A DNA stretch of 64,000 nt from the NCBI RefSeq assembly GCF_964355755.1, contig NC_092674.1:11408001-11472000 (forward strand). Direction: 5' to 3'. The notes under the pieces are model-generated. The model did no database searches, was not told where the DNA came from, and saw nothing but the letters and a program-made list of their open reading frames with translations. The translations under genes and the position numbers were made by a program. Source of the DNA: Antedon mediterranea. Lineage: Eukaryota > Animalia > Echinodermata. This document shows, one piece after another, positions 1-12,216 of this stretch; within the stretch, counting starts at the first letter, position 1, and each line of letters opens with the position of its first letter.

Positions 1-627
1 ATGAGAGTTAACAGAATGTACAGAATGAAGAATGGAAACATAGCATTCAGTGATGGCAATAATAAATGCATTCAAGTATGCGATGTGAATGGTAATGTGA
101 TCAAATCCATTGGTAAGGGTGCATTGGAATCTCCATGGGGTTTTCACATAGATGAGTCAACTAATGTTGTATATGTAGCAGATGTGATAATTGAACGTGT
201 GTTTATGTTTAACCTCAATAGTGGTAAGACTTTAAAGATAATAGGAGCACAAAGGAATGGATTACATGGATACTGTGATGTTGCTCTTACAAAAACTAGA
301 AACATACTTATGACAGATGAAGGAAGCAATCAAGTATTATTGTATGATAACAAGGACAAGTCACTAAAAGTACTTATCAATGAAGGAAATGAAGATGGAT
401 ATGTTATAGGGCCAAAAGGAGTTGTAGTTGATGTGGATGATAACATCATCATAGCAAGTAAAAACAAGCTACAACTATTTAGTTGTGACGGATATTTTAT
501 CAAAAGAATTGATCAACAAGAAGATGGAATTAATCATCCACGTCAGTTGTGTATTGTTTCATGTAACCCACACATGGTTGCTGTACTCAACCTTGGTGAC
601 AGAATAATTAAAATCTTCAATTATTAA
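1..627 (+). CDS. NHL-repeat six-bladed beta-propeller (TRIM-NHL/TRIM2/3/71-like C-terminal domain); possibly only the last exon of a longer gene
   Basis: 208-aa ORF with repeated NHL signatures (PWGFHID...VYVAD, CDVAL...NILMTD, PKGVVVD..DNIII, PRQLCI), ending IKIFNY-stop. The window starts at the ATG, so upstream exons cannot be seen. Confidence 0.8.
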   Translation: MRVNRMYRMKNGNIAFSDGNNKCIQVCDVNGNVIKSIGKGALESPWGFHIDESTNVVYVADVIIERVFMFNLNSGKTLKIIGAQRNGLHGYCDVALTKTRNILMTDEGSNQVLLYDNKDKSLKVLINEGNEDGYVIGPKGVVVDVDDNIIIASKNKLQLFSCDGYFIKRIDQQEDGINHPRQLCIVSCNPHMVAVLNLGDRIIKIFNY

Positions 628-2588
628 AATTTTACAAGAAAAACTCCTCCCCTGTATATAAACTGTATTTATTGTATTCCCTACATTGTAAATGTATATG
701 CATACATTGAAATTTAAAACAAAATCAAATTATCAATTAATTTATAAATTAATCTTTTGTATACTTAAGACGTTGCGCAGTAATCAAAGGCAAATACGAG
801 AACACTAAATTGAATTCCTTATGTAAAGGAAAATCGAGGTAATCATGAAAATTCCTTGTAGAGCCTCTCTATTGACCGACACGTCACCCGGAGCTACAAA
901 TTGGAAGAAGAGGAAATTAATGTTCTATCATCACTGGTCATTCTATATTAAATTTTCGTCGAAATTGTGTTTCTTTTTCTGTTTTTGGCCCCATTGAAAA
1001 ATGTAATTTTCGGGGGCGACGTCATATACAACAATGGCATCCAATGAATTACGACATTGTTTTCCGCTTACTAATTACACATCGCTGGCGTAACACTTAC
1101 TACAAGGGAGCAACAACTCAGGGGAGCATACAACCTGAAGAACACGCCGCGGAATTGTCATTCGTTTCCATTTCAGTACACGCGAATATAACTTTCAACC
1201 TAAATTCTCTATCTCATAGCCTATTATTTCATCTCTCATGACAATCAATCTTCTTACACACAGTACTATATATAAAAAATTTGGGCCAAGAAACATTATT
1301 GAAAAAATATCTAAACACGATAATGTTTTCCCAGCGTCAAAAAGCGCCTTTCTTTTAGTAATACAAACAATGAAATGTCGAGATGATGAATGGTGTTTGA
1401 TGCACCCTGCAATTCCGAACTTAGACTACATTCCATTTTTTTTATGCTGGCCACAAATTATGGCAATTTATTTCCAATTTAAACTTAGATAAAACATCAG
1501 TAAATACCTTTAAGCGTGCGTTTAAACTGTCTCTGATCTCGATATATGGTGAGTAAATACCACTCTACTTATTTATTATTTATTATATATCATACTATAT
1601 TATATGAAACATGAAATAATTTCTTTTTTTGTATACTGCCTTACTTATTTACTCAATGCTTTTATGTTTATTGTAATTATTATTATAGTCTAAGGTTGCT
1701 TACTAGCTTAAAGATCTATGCTCTGCACAGATCTTTATACATGCATCCTCCATGTACAGTACTAGGTTGTAGTAGTTGTGTAGTATGTGGAAAATAAATT
1801 GAATTGAATGTTATACGTATGAAGGTTGATCATGGAGCTAATTGTATAGCTTTATGATTTTATCTTACCGAAAATGATCGTAAACATACCAAACGCTGAT
1901 GTGCGGCTTCGATCTCGATGTATTATGTAAAATATTGTGTCAACTGTGACGCAAACCCGGTGACATGCGTCACAGAAACACTACGCGCACACTCTCTCAC
2001 TCACACATTTATGTGTAACATACCGGAATATTATATCGACCCAATATTGTAATAAATAACGTTATTCTCAATGTTTTATAAATCTTAAAAATAAAATCAA
2101 AGTGTATATAGCATGGTATAAACGTAGATCTCGAGCACACCACCAGCAGTGAAGTCAACCGATAATGATAGTATCCATCAATGACGTGCCATATTAGGTA
2201 ATCAGCCATATATTAAAAAAAAACAACTTTCAATACTTCAATAGATACAACAATTGTATTATTACACTTATAGGAGAAAGGAAAGGATTTATATGTATAT
2301 TTTATATGTATATAACAATTAGTTGATCGCAATTTGTGATAAGTGATTTTTGCACACCTCTGAGTTTAATAAATAAAATAATCTGTAAAAGAAATCCATT
2401 AAGTTTCTTATTTATTTTAAAGAATGATAATTCCTAATTTGACAACAGAAACGTTTCGTGTGGTTAAATTAAGGCATTTTTTGTTATTTGATAAGAGAAA
2501 TCAAATCATTGGATTGATTATGGGCGAGTCAGACATATATTGAACTTATCATCGTTATAGGAAACGCAACAAAACGCGTAGGTATATC

Positions 2589-2613
2589 CATGGATTAATG
2601 AATAGAATCCATG
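2589..2613. mobile_element. 25-bp micro-hairpin insertion with 7-bp target duplication (putative P-superfamily footprint)
   Basis: gtatatc[CATGGATT-aatgaatag-AATCCATG]gtatatc; duplicated flanks at 2582-2588 and 2614-2620. Confidence 0.6.
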
Positions 2614-3646
2614 GTATATCCATATATTATCTATAAACAATAAAGAAACTATCAACATCAACAATCAATTCAACGAGTTTAAATTCATTACACTTCATGA
2701 TACCATATGCCAGTCCAGGGTCAGACATAAGCCGGATGCTTTTACGTTTAGGCCGCGACTAATGGATTGAGAAAATGGAGCAGAGATCGGCCGCATTATT
2801 TTTTTCCTATTAGGTTAAGGCAGAAATTATAGAGGACTTGAATCCAGGCATGAGTATTCATGATGTGACGGCAAACTCTGGAAATAGTTTTCACGCGGTA
2901 ACCGAAAATGATCTCTCGTTGCATTACATTGGTAACGTTGTTCAAACGACTATGGCGACGTTAAATCAACGAACATTTTTCAAATTGCCAACGTTGCGAC
3001 GATGTTTGAATTTTGACAGTTTTTTTACAACTTTTATGTAGATGACGTTAGACAGCACTTATGTATGGGGCGCCATACGCAGCAAAAGTTTCACCCAAAA
3101 ATACAAGTGGAAATTTTAAGACGTACTATGTAATTTTTAAAATACAAATGAACATTTTCAAATACTATGTCTGATTTTTTTAAATCGTACTGTATAATTT
3201 TTAAAATACAGGTCTGATTTTCGCCACAAACGTACGGTCTAAATTAAATTTAAAATGCGATTAGTCACGCTCAGTTAGACATCTCTAACTGAGTGTGACG
3301 GGTCATTCCATTTTTTGCTGGGAAGGCAATAGGTAAATTAAACATAGGTACTACTACTATCTAGCAGGCTGGGTCTAGCCTGCGCCTACAGTAGGCTTAA
3401 AGATCATCCTTCCTCAACGCGCACTTGGTAATAATCCACGTACCATACACCCCTACCACATGTGCGTTTGCGACGTATGTTTAATTTACCTATTGCCTCC
3501 CCAAAAAAAATGGAATGAACCGTCACGCTCAGTTACAGATGTCTAACCGAGCGTGACGAATCGCATTTTAAACATTGCATTTAGACCTTACGTTTGAGGC
3601 GAAAATCAGACCTGAATTTTAATAGTGAAATTAGACCGTACGTTTG

Positions 3647-4767
3647 TACGAAAGCCCGTTCGGGCCACAAGTTAACTATATTTTAAAAGCTGTTATCTGG
3701 CGGCCGCCACTTAATTATCTGGCGGCCGCCACTTAATTATCTGGCGGCCGCCACTTAATTATCTGGCGGCCGCCACTTAATCATCTGGCGGCCGCCACTT
3801 AATTATCTGGCGGCCGCCACTTAATTATCTGGCGGCCGCCACTTAATTATCTGGAGGCCGCCACTTAATTATCTGGCGGCCGCCACTTAATAATTATTAC
3901 ATGTCCCGTCACGTGACATGTACGTGCATTGGATCAGAGGCGATGTTGCATATGGAACGCCATCGCTGCCTCCGGCAGCAAACTTTAATTCTATTCGGCT
4001 CTTTTACAACCATTACGTTCGGCTCTTTTAGCATTTGGCGCATTTCTATTCGGCCCATTTACCATATTTACGATTAAAGATGTGTTGAATAACCTAAAAT
4101 TAATTCATCTTTTTACAAATTTTGAGAGAGAAAGGGTAAATTATTATTGTTAAAACTTAGGCTGACACTAGACTAGGTCTAGCTAGCCTAGGCCATAAAT
4201 CAAACCTTTTCTCTTTCAAAATAGTCAATAAGGTGGGACAATTGCAAGTTCTCTAACACATTAATCATGTCAATAAAATGATTAGTCATATTGAAATAGC
4301 CTTCAAATTCATTTAATTCAACCAACCAAACATTTTACATGCTGCATCTGTATGTTTTGTAAACTTTTCATAGACTCATTTCCAGCCGTTGATTTTCTTC
4401 CATTTGACCCCATGTAAAAGGTTAGAATTTAATTGCGCCGTATAAAAAAATAAAAAAGAGCCGAACGTAATGGTAAATGGGCCGAATAAAAAAGAGCCGA
4501 ATGCTGAAAGAGCCGAACGTAATGGTAAATGGGCCGAATAGAAATGCGCCGAATGGTAAAAGAGCCGAATAGAATTAAAGTTTGCTGCCGGAGGCAGCGA
4601 TGGCGTTCCATATGCAACATCGCCTCTGATCCAATGCACGTACATGTCATGTCACGTGACGGGACATGTACTAATTATTAAGTGGCGGCCGCCAGATAAT
4701 TAAGTGGCGGCCGCCAGATAACAGCTTTTAAAATATAGTTATCTTGTGGCCCGAACGGGCTTCCGTA
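3647..4767. mobile_element. IS3EU-like MITE with long TIRs and 6-bp TSD
   Basis: Termini TACG(A/G)AAGCCCGTTCGGGCCACAAG...CTTGTGGCCCGAACGGGCTTCCGTA; cgtttg on both sides (3641-3646, 4768-4773). TAYGG ends with a 6-bp TSD are characteristic of IS3EU. Arms exceed 300 bp. Confidence 0.8.
3693..3890. repeat. Minisatellite, 9 x 22 bp (TTATCTGGCGGCCGCCACTTAA), inside the left TIR
   Basis: Nine head-to-tail copies without spacers; only two copies in the right arm (~4678-4721). Confidence 0.95.
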
Positions 4768-5421
4768 CGTTTGAGTGGGGTACAATAGACCTGTGTTTTA
4801 AAAATTACACAGTACGTTTTAAGAAATCAGACATAGTATTTGGAAATGTTTATTTGTATTTAAAAAATCACACAGTACGTTTTAAGAAATCAGACAGTAT
4901 TTTAAAATATTAATTTGTATTTTAACAATTACACAGCACGTTTTAAAATTTCAACTTTAGTAGAAATAGGCAAAACGCGAGCCTTTTTTGGAATGGGTTA
5001 AGCGTGATGCTGTTAGCCATCATTGGTACACTTTTTAAGTTGATACCAATGATGTTGACACCAGTCTACCACGGTGAGGTAGCATCTCCGACTTCAGACT
5101 GGAAATTTTGTTTTCTTTCCAAATTGGCCAAATTAGTGAGATAATAATTATTTGAAAAGAACTGTTACGCCTACTTTTGCAATTTGAAATGTGATCATTT
5201 AATAATAGTCACAAACATAATTTATGTTTACAGTAAGTAAAAAACAAAATCAGTAAAGAATTATAGTATGCGTTTATTAGTAGGCCCTAATCAATAACCT
5301 TGAATTACTGTAGGCCTATATACATAGATTTAAGAAAAACATATAATTTAGTATTCGTTACAGTAATGTAAGACCTAAGTATGCTGATTATACTTAATAA
5401 TCACATGATAGTAGGCCTTCA

Positions 5422-7757
5422 CCTGTCTGTATAAACACGAAAGTTTCTTCAAGTTTTTGGTTGCCTTCCATTTGACATGGCTACCCTTGACCTTGAAGAC
5501 CTATAATTTATTTTATAATATGGCCATTAGTATTAAAAGTAAGATTTAAATGATTTTATTTTTCAAACTACTTACGCAGTGGCACTTTTCTCCTGCAACT
5601 CCGATCAGTATCAAGCAATTCTTTAACTGACGGTAGCTCTGGTGCATCGTGAATGTTAAGACACACTCGTTTAGATCTTCTAGAGCTATGTAAGGGTGTT
5701 GGCATTGTGACGGTACTACAGCTTCCAATAACCCTCTTACGCAGTGGCACTTTTCTCTTGCAACTCCGATCAGCATCAAGTATGTCATCTACTGACGGCA
5801 GTTCTGGTGTGTCATGAATGCTGAAACATATCCGTTTGGATCTCCTGGTAGGGCTACTAGAAACTGTTTCCTGTCTATCACTGTTATCATTACAGAGCAC
5901 ATCAATGTTACCAATGTTTAAACCTACCTCTTTGGTTTCCGATTTCCAGTGAGGAGATGGATACTTACCAACCATCCTTTCAGCATTAACCTTAGCACTG
6001 TCTTTAATACTACTCAGCAACGTACGTATGGACTTTCTGTTTGGTTTTGTACCAGCCACATGATGTCTTAGCCAGCTCCAGTACGGTGAGTTAGTCTTTA
6101 AACATTTCTTCGACTTCTGGATGGAGCGCATGGTTCTATCATATCGTTTCTTGCAACGCGATGTTCGAGAGAGTGGCGATAAAGATCTGTAATAAAAAGT
6201 AAGATGAACTATATTTGTAATTATTATATTGTTATTATCTTTTACATTCAAATTGTTACCACCATAAAGACTCTTAGCTGGTGAACGAAAGAAAGCACAT
6301 GAATTGGTAACACTTCCGTAGGTACTTGTCTTCTCTTGGATAGGCCTACCTAAAAATAAACACAATTTAAAAAAATGGCATGGTCGTAAAACAAGTTACA
6401 AGAGATACGAGATTGTATCGGGGTTGCCAAAAAGATCCTAAATTACCATGATTTAAAAAAGGAAAACATCGAAATTGGCTAATATACAGCAGGGATGATT
6501 GCATTTAAACAATGACGAAGAATTATAAATAACTAAATAAATTGACACGATGATTAATGTAGTAAACAAAAATAAAACATTCTAGAAATAACGCGCGATT
6601 TACCGAATTTTGCCCTTACGTAAATTTATATATAGCTATATCTATAATGTATATATTTACTTCGTATATTGTTATGAAATACAGTTTATCAGTTTTGACT
6701 CTTTACTATAACTTACGGTTAGAGAGTTGCGAAAAGTCAATATTGCAAGAAGCTGCGCGGTACATCTTCAATACTTCTTCAACACCAAGAGTTATCGACT
6801 TTTGTTTCTATAATAATAATAAAAAGGATTTTCTCTTGAACACATATAAAAACTATAAGAGAAACAATCGAAATACTTCATGAAAAGAATGCAAACATTA
6901 AAGATGTATAGTCCCCTGAAAAATATTTCTTTAAAATGTTTTTGTAGGATATGCCATTTTAATTTCCAAAAATTTGACCGAAAAAAAATGTATTTACCTG
7001 AAGAAAAAAATAGTTTAAAGCAAAAAAAAAAAGAAGTCAAATTTGCTGCCATAAATAATAAACTATAATCTTATGATACAATATATCATTTTATCATTAT
7101 TATACAGAACCTCAATTTTTAATACTGAATGTAAATCTTTATCCTATACCGTGTAAGGCTCTGTGATATAAATTGTCTCTGTATATTCAATTGTTTTATC
7201 ATATTTAGATTTTAACACAATACCATCATATTATCTATAATCTATTACGGTACCATATTGACCTGTGTAATGTCATTTATCCATTGTTTATCATATGTGC
7301 AATAAAAGTGGACTGTCCCCACAAAAGAGAAAAAATTAGGCTGCCCAGCCAATGGATTTTTGGTTAGATTTTAAGACAATTTTTTTTCTACGGAAGAGAT
7401 TACCTTTATTAAAACTACAAAATTACCTATTCAAAGTCTGATTTAATTAATCTTTATTTTTCATGTTTTAACAATCTAACAGTATCTTAAAATGTGGCCA
7501 ATGAGGTCCACATTTAGCAAAAATTCTTATGTCGATTTCGAAACAATACTAAAGACCACTCACCTTCGGTTTAGTTGTTGAACTTTCATTGGTAATGTTG
7601 CTTTCCCGCCATGGTCGTTTGATCTTGATTGGACCTTTGTGGGGTTTGTCTGATGTTGGCTTTAAGTTTTGCCATTTTCGCTTCCTTCTTTTGATGACAT
7701 TAATAGAAGGATGTGACTTTCTATCAACTGTTGAATGAACATCACATCCTCCAGAAT
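5422..7757 (-). CDS. Candidate orphan multi-exon gene or pseudogene encoding a basic Ser/Arg-rich protein with a 55-aa internal repeat
   Basis: ORF 5568-6365 contains a 165-bp duplicated unit (RRSKR.C..IHD.PELPSV...LD.DRSC.RKVPLR). There are plausible AG/GT-bounded exons at ~7564-7757, ~5576-6187 and ~5423-5500, but the 7564-7757 exon has no fully open frame. No recognisable domain. Confidence 0.3.
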
Positions 7758-10700
7758 CTGTTACATGTTAAAATACCAAAAGCTTGTAAATGTTTAGGCC
7801 TAGGCCTAACTACGTACGTAGGCCTGGCCAGGCTAATTAAACATCTAATTTATATGAATTACACACTGAAACCCCAACCTTGCGATGAATAATCAATGTC
7901 AATAAATTAACGGCGATAAATTAAATGGCAATGCCAACATAAATTAATGATACAAATTTTGAGTAATTTTTGTAGGCCTAGCCTATGCATCATATCAGTA
8001 TACAACAGGCCAATGTAAATGTGGGAGAGCGGGGTAATGGCTGTCCAGTGTCTCTAGAAGTGGGTGGTGAGTAAGAAGTTTGTGAGTAGAGTTTTGGTGC
8101 CAACCCAGCCACGAAGGGTGGCGCGGTGGTGTGTATGAACCGATGTTGGAATCATAATCAGTACAGTGCAGTGGTGGCCTACATAAATTGAAATCTAAAA
8201 TTTGCAATTTAAGATATTGTTCACTACCTTTTGAAGTAGTTGTGCCATCAAAGATGTTCTGTATCTGTTTCTTGTTACTTCTGATCATATTTCGTAATAT
8301 GATAGTAAAAATGTATCGATATTATATTCAAATTATTTAAGAGCTTTTTTGAAATGAGCTTTCTGTGAGAAATATCAAACTGAAAATGGCGTCCGTTTAT
8401 TCCACGCTACCATAGAATAAACGTCACAATGCATTATTTACGCGAGCGTAATTGCGCGTTATTGCTGTGATACCCAGTTAGAGATTATGCGCACTCTTTC
8501 TTTTTCTTTTCATGTGTATGTACGGCGTTTTTCTTATAGGAAGTTTAGATTGTATTCGTGTGAAACTTCTTTCTTTTTTACTACTTTATATCAATCGACA
8601 ATGTGACTATAGATAAAATAAGTACATTTGTGTTCATTTTTTTCGGCGCAAGTGAATTTTACTTCATAATTTTTGTATGTGGGGAACAAGAATATTTAAA
8701 CGAAAAAGTAATGAACTAATTAAACCTCATAAATTGCCATGTATAGAAGACATAATGAAAGAGTACAATGATATAATACTATTAAGTGCTTATTTATAAA
8801 CCGATCATTTATATGATGCCTGTGTGTATTTCCTCGAAAAGCAGAAAGTGCCGTAATTAATATCAAATGCCACCATAGACTATAATACATTGATACTATT
8901 GAGTGAGTGCTGCAAGATTTACGTGTTTGGAAGATTCAATAATGTCTAATATATCAAATTCTACTCAATATCGTATCAGACCCTAGTTTTACAGCGCAGT
9001 TGCTTAAGCTACAGACCTTTCTCAACTCTGCGCGCAATACACCAGTTCGCATACGTGATCGCCACCAACGCATGTTTCCTAGGCCTAGTAACATAATAAC
9101 ATATTTTTTATCGAAAAGTAACACATTTGCACTCTGCAGTTTATTATTGAAAGAAAAGTTAGTGCAAGTAATTACGATAATAAAGTTCAAGTTTTTGAGG
9201 AAGAAGATTCAATTCTGGTGGAATTTTAAGCATGTTTAATTGAAAAACCTAAAATGTTAAAATTAAGATAAATATGACTCATATAATTTGGCGTTTAAGA
9301 GCCATTGTCTGTAAGAATCAAAGAAATATCAAAAATAGTGGCAGACTCAAAAAATGGATTTCTTTCAAATTTTGCACATGGCTATATATGTATTGAGAGA
9401 AATCAAATATGAAGTATTTTTTATTTCACACACATATTTCCATGGCAACGGCCAAATTTGTGTTTTTGACCAATTTTGTCCTTTTTAAAGTTTTTTTAAA
9501 ATGGATATTGGTACTACTTTGATGAACGATATTTTTGTTTTGTTCATTTAATTATAAAAAATAGTTAGTGTATGCATATTAACAATGCATTGTGTACCTG
9601 TTTCATATTTTTTTAAAATTTTTGATTTCATACTTTGGGAGATACCATTTATTTAGAAAGAGGTGTTTTTCATTTTTTTTAAATTGTTAAATGCAACTAA
9701 ACTTCACTTCACCATAACGCCCAAAGTGGTGTATTTTTTTAGCTGATTTATTACAAATAGGTAGTTCTAATGTTTAATAATTGATTTCTAAAATAAAATA
9801 CTGGGGTAATTTAAAAATCTACAAGCAGTGTTGCGAGAAACATAGGCATTTTTATAAAAAAAAACATGGTATATTAGTAAAAACATTTTATTTTCTTTGA
9901 TTATCTGATTTTAAACTCATTGGTCAGAAAAATTCGTTTTATATAGTTCTAGTTGTGTTGTGAGAAAAAAAATCAATATTTTTAATTATAGATTCTGTAA
10001 TTCCCAGTTTTAATGTCATTTTATAGGTTATATCCTCTGAAAATTTGAATAAATTATCAGATCGTTGTCTTTGCAACAGATTACTCCTCTCTTATTTTGA
10101 AGCTCCTCTTTCATTTTTTTACTTCTTTTATTTGCTAACCAAAGCAGATCCCACATGCCCATCCACCACCACTTTCGACTAACACCAGCACCCCCCCCTA
10201 CCCCGACAATAAACACAAAAAGATAAACTGCAACACTTTTGTCGATCATCCACTATAGAGTGTCAAATGCATGCATTCAAGCATCACCCACACTGCCGCT
10301 ACTATCGCCCCAACCAATAGACGGATTCAAACTCCTCCATCTCACCCCCTCCCCTTTCTCCAAGCCCCCACCCACCCCAAGTTAAAAATTGCAATGCAAA
10401 AGATAGGACATCAAGTTAAGTTTTTAGACCCTCGCCTCCAACCCCCTAACTATTTCAAACTCCTGGATCCACCACCTTCCCCTCCCCAAAATTGAACCAA
10501 TCAAAAGTCAATGATATACTCAGGTATGTTAATGCTACTTAACAAATATTGAAGTCCTGATGTGAAATTTCATTTCATTTAAGGTCAGCATATAAAATAT
10601 CAAACTTTATAAAAATATTGGTTTTAAATTCTATATTTTTTTACTGTGATGGTTGGATTCAGTATTAATTATTAATTGATAATTATCTGATAATTATTTA

Positions 10701-10924
10701 ATTTCCCTTAGTTATGCATAGCAACAGTTACTATGGTAACTAAAATTGAGAAATTCTTTAGATTTTTCATAGTGTACTTATCTTATACAAATTTAAATTT
10801 GTAGATTATTAGCAGGCATGCCTTATTTGTATTTTCAAATTACCGTTTCACAAGGCGGTCGACATATTCGTAAGGACTTTCTTCTGTGATTATTTTTATT
10901 CATGAAAACCCCATATTTTATTTA

Positions 10925-11508
10925 CAGCGGGCACCTCCCGTAAGCGGTCACCTCCCTTAACGGACGCTCTTTGAAAAGCCTGTTTGTTCTTCCTATCTAA
11001 TTAGTGCATTTGGTACCTACCGTAATCGGCCACGTCCCGTAAGCAGCTGCGGGCACCTTTTTAAACTAAAAATGAGATTTTTTGTATGATAAATGACCTC
11101 CCATAAGCGGTCACCCGAAAAATGTGATACTTATTGCATGGACCTATGAATTAGAGGTCCATGTTTATTGTATTTCTTTATAGGCCTATATTAGCTTTAT
11201 TTCGAAGCGGTTTTAAAAACATTACTGTGAAGAGATGAGAAAACTACACAGATTTTGACCGACCATTTTTCATATGATAAAAGCTTTTAAAATTTGTCTG
11301 AAAATGCTAAAAAATACTAAGCCATCTGATTATAAATAATAATACAATTAGCTGGAAAATTGAGAGGCTCGTTTCGTTAAGAATATCGTGCATAGCCATA
11401 ATACGTGATTTTGGCCCTTTATCTGCAGAACCTCCCGTAAGGGGTCACCGCCCGTAAGCGGCCACTTTTCCAGGTCCCGAGCGTGGCCACTTATGGGAAG
11501 TTCAACTG
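10925..11508. mobile_element. Tc1/mariner (pogo/Tigger-like) MITE
   Basis: TA|CAGCGGGCACCTCCCGTAAGCGGTCAC...GTGGCCACTTATGGGAAGTTCAACTG|TA, with repeated ccgtaagcgg subterminal motifs. Confidence 0.75.
11137..11163. mobile_element. 27-bp micro-hairpin insertion with 7-bp target duplication
   Basis: cttattg[CATGGACCT-atgaattag-AGGTCCATG]tttattg; flanks match at 6/7. Confidence 0.6.
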
Positions 11509-12216
11509 TATTTAAAAAATCAATTAGCCTTAGTTACGCATAGAAACAGATTCTAAGATAACATAAATGTATTAATACATTTGACCCAACAAATGACCCT
11601 TTCACAAGGTCAGACATTTTCTGGGATTCAGTAGATAAGTAAATTTGGGAAAAAGTAGTAGAGCTATGTAATCAATTGTTTGTAGTCATGAAACCCCATA
11701 TTAAAAATATTGTACTTAGTTACGTATAGAAACAGTTGCTACAATACACTATAGGTAAAATGTTGATGTAATTTGACCTCAATATGTAAAATATAATTTT
11801 TTTTTATGAAAACTCCATATTTTATTTTAACAAAATTATCCTTAGTTACGTAAACAGGTTTAAGATAAAACTAAAGGTCAATTTTTTACCTTTATTCAGA
11901 TTTGTCAAGACTTTCTTTCTGAGATTATTAGGATTGACTCAGTATTTAAAATAAATTTGGCAAAAAGTAGAAAGGTAAAACTATGTAGAAAAAATGTTTT
12001 GTATTTATGAAAAACCCCTTATTTAAAAAATATTTTCGCATAGAAACAGTTACTGTGGTAAAATGTTGACCTCATTTGACCTCAAAATGAATGAATTTAC
12101 AAGGTCAAGTTTGTCATCACTTTAAGATTATTAGAATGCAGTAGAAGTAAAATTGAGAAAAATTACAAATGCCATCAATTCTTTGTATTCACAAAAACAC
12201 AATTTTTTATATTTAA

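Larger units (their letters stand above)
3105..4955. mobile_element. Foldback non-autonomous DNA transposon with long imperfect inverted arms, interrupted by an IS3EU-like insertion
   Basis: 3205-3345 is the reverse complement of 3477-3615, and 3110-3215 is the reverse complement of ~4785-4950. Termini are not cleanly defined. Confidence 0.6.

Noticed and set aside
3693-3890. Palindromic 22-bp repeats resembling a CRISPR array
   Set aside because: No spacers, no cas genes, eukaryotic context; the repeats are part of a MITE TIR.
4376-4650. ORFs of 73-89 aa with repeated peptides
   Set aside because: They are translations of MITE TIR repeats.
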